Shown here in pieces: positions 1 through 7,539 of a stretch of 64,000 nucleotides of DNA. The notes beneath the pieces were generated by a model. It was not told where the DNA came from, ran no database searches, and saw only the letters and a list, made by a program, of their open reading frames with translations. Source of the stretch: a bacterium (GTDB lineage: Bacteria; UBA8248; JACPRG01; G963555815); NCBI GenBank assembly GCA_965218795.1, contig OZ244653.1, positions 4,608,001-4,672,000 on the forward strand, written 5' to 3'. The translations under genes were made by a program, and so were the position numbers. Position 1 is the stretch's first letter. Every line of letters starts with the position of its first letter.

Positions 1-312
1 GTCCCGGAGGCAGATGGCGTTGCCCAGGATGGCGATTTTGGCCTGTGTCGTCCGGCGCGCCAGGGCGGCGGCCATGATGTTGGGGGAGGGCATCAGCCCG
101 TAGCAGGTCTGGTGATGCTCGTTCACGCAGATGCCGTCAAAACCCAGCGCGTCGGCCCGCTCGAACACGTCCAGGTAGTCGTTATAAAGGGTGTGACCCT
201 TTTGCGGGTCGTACAGTTCGTTCGGGATTTTTGCCCACGAGGTACCGTAGGTTTCGATGTAATCCTCCGGCATATAGGGGTAGGGCATCAGGTGGAAAAA
301 GTAGAACTGCAT
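1..312 (-). CDS. LLM class (luciferase-like) flavin-dependent oxidoreductase, N-terminal part (runs off window start)
   Basis: Manual translation from ATG at 312 (RBS GAGGTG): MQFYFFHLMPYP...ADALGFDGICVNEHHQTCYGLMPSPNIMAAALARRTTQAKIAILGNAI, a typical LLM N-terminus. Confidence 0.85.
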   Translation of the reverse strand, partial: MQFYFFHLMPYPYMPEDYIETYGTSWAKIPNELYDPQKGHTLYNDYLDVFERADALGFDGICVNEHHQTCYGLMPSPNIMAAALARRTTQAKIAILGNAICLRD

Positions 313-689
313 CTGGGCACCTCACGAAGCTCGTGGGACTACTTGATTTCCAGCCAAAATCCGATGGCCTTCGTGCTTCAATCGTCCAGGGCTGGATCCC
401 CGGTTGTTTCTCCCCGCGTGCGCTAAGCCCCTCTTGCGACGGATGCGCGTCGGCTCGGCGAATTCAATTGTTCCAGAGGTCCGGTAGGCGTATGGTCCTT
501 TCCCCGCAATGTGCCTGAGGAAAGGTCCGGGCGGCGAACCAGCCACAACGTTTCCACCGGTCCAGTATGGGAAAACAGTTGGCATTCTAACAAGAAGTTT
601 CCCCCTCTACAATTGATCGCTCCGCTTTCATTCCAATGGGCTCGCTTCAGGATGACTCATGACGGAACAGGAAGGATCGGGGTAGCCCG

Positions 690-867
690 CGTGCGGCTTT
701 CCGACCGCGCGCCCTTCGGCGCCATCGGCAAGGTCGGCATCGACGCCACCAAGCCGCCGATCTATCGCGAAGCGGAACGCAAGAATGATGAGCGCATGAC
801 GCCCGTGGGGTGTGAGGGAGGTTTTTCTGGGATCGTTCCTGAGGACCTGAACTTCGGCTCTGTCTAG
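690..867 (+). pseudogene. UbiD-family decarboxylase C-terminal remnant
   Basis: GAIGKVGIDATKPP matches the UbiD C-terminal K.GIDATKP motif; the rest of the gene is absent. Confidence 0.6.
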
Positions 868-1654
868 GCGCTCCAGAGCTTCAGGGGGTCCGGGGGGTTC
901 CACCAAGTGTCCATCCCCTGGTCCTCAGTGGATCGCGCGCGCCGTGTTGTAGCCCGGTCCCCCGGTAAGAAGATCGCCGGGGTGCGTTGATCTGCCGGTG
1001 CAGGTACAGGCCCTCCACCGGCGTCTTGTAATTCGAAAGCTCGGGAACCGGCCGGTTCTCCAGAATCTGGGACCGGATCATCGCGCCGCAGTTGAAATCC
1101 CCCTCCTTCATGTTGACGACGGATCGCGCGATGTCGTACGGCGTGTACGTCGCCTTGCCCAGGATGTTTTTCCCATCCAGATTCGGCGCATAGTGCCGCC
1201 ACCGGGCGATACAGGTCTCCAGGTACTCCTCTTTGATATTCTCCCAGTGGACCGGGCCGCCGTCCTTCAAGTCGTAGGGCGCCACCTGCCACAAGAGGGC
1301 CGTGTGCTTTCCGTCGGGCGCCTGGCTGGGATCGAACAGGGTGAAAACGCCGCACTGCATCCCCGGCTGCTCGGGAGGCCGCCCTGCCTCCAGTGCCTTG
1401 AGGTGCGCGTCGAAGTCGTCCAGCGATTCATATCCGATACAGAGGTTGACGGCGTTTTGAATATCGGGGTCGAATTCGGCCGCCTTGTATTTCGGCGGCT
1501 CGTCCAAAGCCAAGTGCCCGCCGAACAGCTTCCATTGGCTGTACTTGAAATCCCGAACCTTTTCCAGGACGTTGGCGTCCAGAACCTGGCCTCCATCCAG
1601 CAGCTCCAGGAATGTCTGCTGCTGCGTCAGATATTTCTTCCGTCGCAGCTTCAT
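864..1654 (-). pseudogene. Phytoene-dehydrogenase-like FAD oxidoreductase, C-terminal remnant, frameshifted
   Basis: FDPSQAPDGKHT...WQVAPYDL...YKTPVEGLYL parallels the intact paralog at 23490-25079. The FAD-binding N-half is missing and the tail (DQGMDTWW) is in another frame. Confidence 0.8.
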
Positions 1655-1741
1655 GGGCTGACGAGTGCTTGCGGGCGGCGGTGGGTGAAGAGAATCTCTG
1701 CGGTTTGAGGTTTTCAGCGTCACAAAAGCGGCGCCCAGCGG

Positions 1742-2074
1742 GTCCACGGCCGGGACCCGAAGGCGATGTGTCAGGCGGCCCGCCGGGTGTTCGCAAAGGG
1801 GGGCGGGATCGTTCTGATGGAAAAGGAAAAAACGATCTTCGAGTATTCCCTTCCCGTCGGCGGTATGATGTGTCCCGAACCGTTCTCGACCGTTGCGCGC
1901 GAGATGACACGGTTGACGCGGATGTTCGAAAAACGCGGCTTTCGCTTCGGCGACCTGCTTTACTCCCAACTCTTCATGATATGCGATTTCCTCCCTGATC
2001 TGAAAATGACCCCGGTCGGATTGTTCAGGGTCAAGGAACGCGCCGTATTGCGTCCCGCCGAGCGTATCGGCTGA
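1742..2074 (+). pseudogene. Adenine deaminase C-terminal domain remnant
   Basis: GRDPKAMCQAARRV..GGGIVL...LPVGGMM...FLPDLKMTPVGLFRV resembles the Ade C-terminal domain; no catalytic N-part. Confidence 0.7.
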
Positions 2075-2133
2075 ACCCCCTTTGCGATTCAATGCAGGGC
2101 TGAGCAGGTTCAGAAATAACTGTAGAGGCGAGA

Positions 2134-2175
2134 AATACCGTGGGATACCGTGGAATACCGTGGAATATCGTGGAA
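2134..2175. repeat. 10-bp tandem repeat (AATACCGTGG consensus) x4
   Basis: aataccgtgg gataccgtgg aataccgtgg aatatcgtgg aa read directly. Confidence 0.85.
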
Positions 2176-2691
2176 AAGGGCGATTTGGGGGACGAGATCT
2201 CGCTCCGCAATGTGCGCGTGAACGCCTGATCCTTCGCCCAAGATCCGACCGCCGCTTTCTTGCCTCAAACGCCTAATAATCGCGTAACAAGCGCCTTTTC
2301 CGGGACAAATTAAAGACATGAGGGGTTTGAACCGCCTTGGGGCCGGGATGGGCGGTCAGCGCTCCGCTGAGAAATACCGGACGGCCCACCGGAAAGACCC
2401 GAAAACCCGAATAAAATAACTGTAGATTATGACCGTGAAACGGTCGAAAAAGGCCCTTGCGACGCTCTTTTAATGGCGTTTCAAGGGCCTTTTCTTTCGG
2501 CAAAAAGTGGGAATTTCAGCACCCGAAAAGGGCGGTAAAAAACCCCTAAAAAGAGTCAGGGAATCCTCACATCTCACTTATGCTGGTGCTGTTCTTCTGG
2601 GGTGCGTTTTCCCGCCCATTCATCAGTAGTGGAGCTCATTCCAATCAAATTCCCACCATGCCAACCTACGGTTCAGCATCTCATTTTCTTC

Positions 2692-2958
2692 TTAAAGCCG
2701 CTTCAAAGTACGCCGATCAGATTCTGCTTTCTGTGGTCTTGGAAGGTCGGCAATTCTCCGTGGCCTTGTGCTGTCGAGCCAGTAGCTTGCCGATATTCCT
2801 TGGAGAGCATTTCTGAAGCGGCCAAATCTTTCCTCCTCCAACCTTTTAAGCATTCTGCGGGCACTGCTGCCTTCCGCCAACTCCCGTAGCTCAGCAACGT
2901 ACGCCTCCAAAGCCTCTCGCGCAATATTAGTTCCCGGAAGACTTCTTGCCGCGTACAT
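2692..2958 (-). CDS. Hypothetical small protein (prophage region)
   Basis: ATG at 2958 preceded by AAGGAG; 88 codons; no recognisable motif. Confidence 0.35.
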   Translation of the reverse strand: MYAARSLPGTNIAREALEAYVAELRELAEGSSARRMLKRLEEERFGRFRNALQGISASYWLDSTRPRRIADLPRPQKAESDRRTLKRL

Positions 2959-3004
2959 ACAGTTCACTCCTTCTGGTGCAAGCGCACCTGTATCCCAAAA
3001 AGTG

Positions 3005-3032
3005 TTGACATTGGAGCTTGAAGGAGTAAACT
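3005..3032 (+). promoter_or_regulatory. Putative sigma70 promoter
   Basis: TTGACA (3005-3010), 16 nt, TAAACT (3027-3032). Confidence 0.4.
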
Positions 3033-3065
3033 GAAAAGATTATATGGCTTTCAGTTACCCCTTGT

Positions 3066-3102
3066 AAAAGCTCCGGCTCCCTACCGGAGCTTTTGCCTTT
3101 TT
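3066..3102. terminator. Intrinsic terminator, potentially bidirectional
   Basis: AAAAGCTCCGG-ctcccta-CCGGAGCTTTT perfect stem followed by a T-rich tract. Confidence 0.7.
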
Positions 3103-3285
3103 AGCCCTTTTCCCATTTACAGGCAAGAGAAAATAGGCGGCGACGACATCAGCGCCGCTTCATTGAGGATGCGTCCATGGATTCGAAGGAACTGTAGTCA
3201 AGCGACTCGTGGAGCGACGTTACTGGGTGTACCGTTGCCAGAAGGGGTGTAGCGAAACCCACAAGAATTATAAGGGAGACCGACC

Positions 3286-3315
3286 TTGACGCCGGATTGC
3301 CAGCCGTCGTATATT
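3286..3315 (+). promoter_or_regulatory. Putative sigma70 promoter for structured RNA
   Basis: TTGACG (3286-3291), 18 nt, TATATT (3310-3315); predicted +1 at G3322. Confidence 0.55.
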
Positions 3316-3321
3316 CTTATT

Positions 3322-3389
3322 GGCGTCTGAGTCAGACGTGATTACTTGAACCTTCGGGTCAATGGGGACGTCACGCACCCCCGGGCGCC
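3322..3389 (+). ncRNA. Candidate ~68-nt structured ncRNA convergent on the MuF-nuclease gene
   Basis: Ends pair (GGCGUCUG/CGGGCGCC); nested CGUGAU/GUCACG stem; UUGAaCC-UUCG-GGUCAA hairpin with cUUCGg tetraloop; upstream promoter. Confidence 0.55.
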
Positions 3390-3395
3390 GCCCTT

Positions 3396-4593
3396 TTACT
3401 TCCCACCCAACTTCCGAAGCCTCCTCCTCGCGCTGAGAAGCCGTTTCTCATCTGTCAGGTGTTTCGTTCGTCATGTACGTCTCCTCCCCGTCCTTCGTGG
3501 TCTTGATCACCAGGCGCCAGAGCTCTCCGTCCTCCTCCAGAAAACCGATGGCCGACCGCGCCTTCTCGGCCGACCGAAACACCTCCCCTCGATCCAGCAC
3601 GCGCTGAACCCTCAGCCAGTCCTCCGGGCCGAAGTCCGCGAAGCGCGCGTGAGACCTCGCCGTCTCGCTCGATAGCCGCAGCGTCCTTGACCGCCCGCGG
3701 ATCGCGCCCAGAATCCTCTTGGGCACCACGGCCAACGGCCAGCTCCCGGCCTCCTTCCCGCCCAGAAAATCCGCAAGCCCCGGGTTGCCCGCGAAACTCC
3801 GGGCCGCGGCCCGGGCCAGATCCTCGGGCGCCGCGTCCATCTTCTCGATCGCCTGCTCCAGGGCCTCGCCGACCCTTCCCACACGGCCCACGTTGTGGTC
3901 CCATCCGGGATCGAGGCCCACGGGGATATGCCTCATTTCGCCGGTCCGCTTGTTCACCCATTCCCGGGTTTTGCCGGCGTTGCTCGGGACGTCCGTCACC
4001 TCGTAGCCGTACCGCTCCAGGTCGTCGTCGCCAAGCTGCTGGACGATGCACCGGCAGCCCCATCCGTTGGGCGGATAGTGGGTTTGCCAGAAGGGGTGAT
4101 CCACCGGCAGCACCGTCCCGTGCCAGCCCAGGTGCTCTTCCCGCGTCCGCTCGTCGGTCACGGCCACGTAGCGCAGATACGGAAGGTCCGCCTTGACGCG
4201 CTGGATCCGCTCCCACCGGCCCGCGCCGTAAGAGGCCCGCAGGTTGGCGTCGAAGATCGTCCGCAAACGGTGGGGGGAGCCGACTTGAACGATCCGGGTC
4301 TTTTTGGTCAGCGGGTCATATATCGGTTCACGGCCCCACCAGCCGCGCTTCACCAGCAACGGCTCGAGCTCGCTGCGGAAGGTATCAAGCGTGATCCCAT
4401 CGGATATGGCCCGGTCCACGGCCTTCCGGATGTCCGTGAGGATGTCCAGGTCCATGGCCTTGGCCACGGTGAAGGCCCGGGCGTGCAAGGCCGCGTCAGC
4501 GTCCTGCCAGGCGAACGTGATCTTGCGGCCCTTCTTGCGGAAGCGCCTCACCGCCTCAACGGGCGGGACGTTCAGGATTTCGGGGAGCGGCAT
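3396..4593 (-). CDS. Mu gp30/F-like (MuF) phage head morphogenesis protein with C-terminal PBECR2-like nuclease domain; frameshift near 3' end
   Basis: AFTVAKAMDLDIL, LRTIFDANL, HPFWQTHYPPNGWGCRC are MuF motifs. The C-terminal LRLSSET..H...WLRVQRVLDRG...VIKTTKDGEETY resembles PBECR2. The ORF stops at 3448 but a +1 frame continues to TAA at 3396. Confidence 0.85.
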
Positions 4594-4621
4594 GGGTCAA
4601 TCACCACATGGATAGGGATGA

Positions 4622-4713
4622 ACATGGATAGACAGGATAGACAGGATAGACAGGATGAAAATTACAAATTTCTGTTTTTCTTTTCCCATCCTGTGCATCC
4701 TGTGCATCCATGT
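4622..4713. repeat. REP-like inverted repeat built of 9-bp tandem units
   Basis: ACATGGATAG(ACAGGATAG)2 ACAGGATG, AT-rich spacer, then CATCCTGTG CATCCTGTG CATCCATGT. Confidence 0.75.
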
Positions 4714-4724
4714 CTGGTCTCCGG

Positions 4725-5546
4725 TCAGGGCTTCGCCGGGTCCCATACGATCGTCGCTATCTGCTCTTTGGTCAGCTTCGCCCGGTAGTGCTTCCGGTGG
4801 CGCTTGAGGTGAACAATTACCTTTCCGTTGATCTCAATCGGCGCGCTTTCCAGCACCGGATCGCCCCACACATGAAGCCAGCCCCACGGCGAAAGCATCA
4901 CAACCGGCTTACTACCGCCCTTGCGGTAAACAATCCCGTACTTGCTGGGCTGGCAATACACCGGTTTCCACCAGCACAGCCGCCTCTTTCGTGCAAATTC
5001 CACGGTCAGCGCGTAAAGAAGCGGTTCCTTTTCGGCTTCGGCCAGGCCGTCGTCTCCGGAGATCGCCGGTTTTCCCTCCGCGCCCTCAAGCGCCAGGTCG
5101 ATCATGTCGCCCACGGTTGTTTTGTAATACTGATTTCCGCCTTTTTTGTACCACCAGAACCGCAGGCTTCGGACCTTCGGCCCCGCCTTTCTGAGCCGGT
5201 CGCGCAGGGCGGCGGCCCCGTCGTGCTTGAGGCGCTTGCTCCACGCCTTCTTGGTCAACTCCCGGTTGAACTTTCCATTCGCCCCGAGGATAGGTATGGC
5301 GTCGGACAGGGCGGCGGAGTACAGGACGTTCCCGATCTTCCTGCAGTTCCCTCCGAAGCGGTCGAAGCGGTCATGGACCATCCACAGATCGCCGTCGGCA
5401 TTGTACTCGTACAAGTAGCCGCCGCCCGACAGGCTGGCATTCGGCTCGGGAGACCAGATCGGCAAATGGCCCTTGAACTGAAAGCCCCGGCTGAGCATGT
5501 TCCAGCGGAGGATCATATTAGAAACACCAAGTGTAGATTTTCCCAT
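4725..5546 (-). CDS. Hypothetical basic protein inserted between portal and MuF
   Basis: ATG at 5546 with GAGG RBS, 17 nt after the portal stop; 273 codons, K/R/W-rich; no motif recognised. Confidence 0.65.
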   Translation of the reverse strand: MGKSTLGVSNMILRWNMLSRGFQFKGHLPIWSPEPNASLSGGGYLYEYNADGDLWMVHDRFDRFGGNCRKIGNVLYSAALSDAIPILGANGKFNRELTKKAWSKRLKHDGAAALRDRLRKAGPKVRSLRFWWYKKGGNQYYKTTVGDMIDLALEGAEGKPAISGDDGLAEAEKEPLLYALTVEFARKRRLCWWKPVYCQPSKYGIVYRKGGSKPVVMLSPWGWLHVWGDPVLESAPIEINGKVIVHLKRHRKHYRAKLTKEQIATIVWDPAKP

Positions 5547-5563
5547 GTCAACCTCTGTCCGTT

Positions 5564-6520
5564 CTACGCTTCCCCGTCTGGATCGTCGGCGTTCTGTAGG
5601 CCAGCCCGGCCGGACAGCCAGGCGCTGAATGCGTTGGCCCGTACCCGCAGCGCCAGGGCTTCGTCGTCGAGCTGCTCCGCCAGGCCGCCGAAAGCCTCGT
5701 TGAAGTCCTCCAGGGTTTCGGCTTCGGCCGCCGCCGCAAGGATCGGCTCGATGATCGGGCCGGTCAGCTGCTCCCAATCGTTCGCCGCGTCGACCGCCGC
5801 GTCGCCAAGCGGATCGGCCGTTGTGTCGCCCTCGCGGGCCGCGCCCTGAAGGGCAGTACGCAGCGCCGGTTCTTGGTTCCCCGGCGCCGGTGGCGGATCC
5901 GGCGCCGGTTCCCATTCGCCGCCGTATACGGCCTCGACGTGCGCCTGCGTGGGCTTGAGGCCGGTCGTCTCGGAAATGATCCGCTCCCGTTCGGCCCGTT
6001 TGTCCAGGTCCTCGGGCGGTTCGGCGTCCCGCCGTATCCGGGGGATCGCCGCGCCGGGAAAATTCCACTCCGTCAGCCACCTTGAGATCGTGTGGTTCAA
6101 AGCGTCGTCCAGCATGTGGGCGTCCGCCGCGATCACCTCGTCCCGCACGTCCTTCTGGATCTCGGCCGTCCCCTTCCAGGGGCCTTGATCCGTGGTGGAG
6201 CTTTGGCCCAAAAGCGTCGTCGTAATGGCGCTGTCCAGGTACTTCACGAACACCTCGAAATCCGCGCCCGTCCTCCGGGCGGATTCCATAAGCTCGATGT
6301 CCTGCCCCTCCGGGAGCGCTACGCCGGAGCCCACCGAAAGGCCCTTGATCAGTTCCAAGAGCTTGTCAATCTCCTCCTGATTCGCGCCCTTGCGGTATGT
6401 GCCCTTGGGCGTGGGAGAACCGTACTTGTCAAGCGAAACCGCCCAAAACTTCAGGCCGTTCCGCTTTAGCCATACCGGCCAGTAGCACCAACGCGCCAGG
6501 CCGGGGCCGTGAGGGATGTC
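5564..6520 (-). pseudogene. Mu gp29-like (DUF935) portal protein, 5'-truncated
   Basis: The frame extends upstream of the tracked ORF: DIPHGPGLARWCYWPVWLKRNGLKFWAVSLDKYGSPTPKGTY...LLGQSST...WNFP. The N-terminal half is absent. Confidence 0.85.
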
Positions 6521-6735
6521 TGCCCTGCCGACAGAAAGAATCGGACCCCCACCGCTGGTAGGCCGGGCATCTTGCCCGGCATTGAGGACAAGCAGGCGGC
6601 TTGGGAACGGTCAAACCATCTCGAATACCCTGGACGAATGAATAGTCTCACAGTTCCATTTCCCGGCTGTCCCCTCTTTGAATTCCGGCCCCCCTTTTTC
6701 ATAGGATCCCAACTGAACATTTCAGAATTTTGGCA

Positions 6736-6793
6736 TTGACAGGGGAAATTGGGTATGTCATTTATAGATATATCATAAGGATATCTCTATGAT
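6736..6793 (+). promoter_or_regulatory. -35 box and palindromic candidate GntR operator
   Basis: TTGACA at 6736-6741; imperfect palindrome ATCATAAGGATATCTCTATGAT (6772-6793) just upstream of the GntR gene. Confidence 0.45.
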
Positions 6794-6804
6794 TTTCCTC
6801 TGGT

Positions 6805-7539
6805 ATGGAAGGGTCAGGTGTGTTTGCGGAAAGGCCCGAAGCCGCTGAATCCATCAAGGACAGAGTCTACGCCAGCCTCAAGCAGGACCTGATTTCGGGC
6901 GTTTTTTCTCCGGGGGAGATCCTTCAGGAGAAGGAATTGGCCCGGTCCTTCGGCGTGAGCAAGACTCCGGTTCGGGAGGCGCTTTCAGAGCTCGTCAAAG
7001 ATCGCTTTGTCAAGCTCCTGCCGCGAAAAGGCTACCTCGTCGCCCCTGTCGATCCCCAGGAGGTCGTTGAAAACCTCGAGCTTCGGGTCATTCTTGAATG
7101 CGCCGCCGTTGAATTGGCGGCCCGGCGGATTTCCGCCGAGGACCTGAACGAGTTGGAAAGCCTGATTCTCCCTCAGCCGCCCGCCGGCGATCGGTTGAAA
7201 GACAACGACCAGCTCGGAGCGTACCCCCGCACCAATATCCAGTTCCATCGAAGGCTGGCCGCCGCCTCGGGCAATCGCTCATTGGCGCGGGCGATCACGA
7301 AGGTCCTGGAGGACCTTCTCAGGGTGATTTTCATCAGCTACTCCCTGCCCGATCTGGAAGAGACCGGGAGCGATCATGTGGAACTCGTGGATGCCCTGAG
7401 GGATCGCGACGGTGATCGGGGCAGAAAAGTCATGGAGCGCCATCTCCAGGTCACGAGGCAGCGCCTGCTGGGCGCCTTGTGGGGCGGGAAGTCCCGGCGT
7501 GAGGAGGAAGACGCAGGGTTGACGGAGGCGGCTTCATGA
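6805..7539 (+). CDS. GntR family transcriptional regulator (FCD domain)
   Basis: wHTH EKELARSFGVSKTPVREAL; FCD motifs NIQFHRRLAAASGN and DH..LVDAL. Confidence 0.93.
   Translation: MEGSGVFAERPEAAESIKDRVYASLKQDLISGVFSPGEILQEKELARSFGVSKTPVREALSELVKDRFVKLLPRKGYLVAPVDPQEVVENLELRVILECAAVELAARRISAEDLNELESLILPQPPAGDRLKDNDQLGAYPRTNIQFHRRLAAASGNRSLARAITKVLEDLLRVIFISYSLPDLEETGSDHVELVDALRDRDGDRGRKVMERHLQVTRQRLLGALWGGKSRREEEDAGLTEAAS

Noticed and set aside
881-2092. 403-aa minus-strand ORF as one gene
   Set aside because: Chimeric: the N-part is the antisense of the adenine deaminase remnant; only the distal part is enzyme-like.
2134-2175. Possible CRISPR array (also considered 4622-4713)
   Set aside because: Repeats are 9-10 bp and contiguous, with no unique spacers and no cas genes.
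3322-3389. tRNA, or simple terminator
   Set aside because: No cloverleaf, T-loop or CCA end; the multi-stem fold and upstream promoter exceed what a terminator needs, though a terminator role is not excluded.
5547-6080. N-terminal extension of ORF 4725..6080
   Set aside because: Overlaps the portal gene in another frame; a better start with RBS lies at 5546.
6520-6560. Transposon terminal repeat at the portal truncation point
   Set aside because: GGGGTCCG start is Tn3-like, but there is no further IR similarity and no partner end was found.
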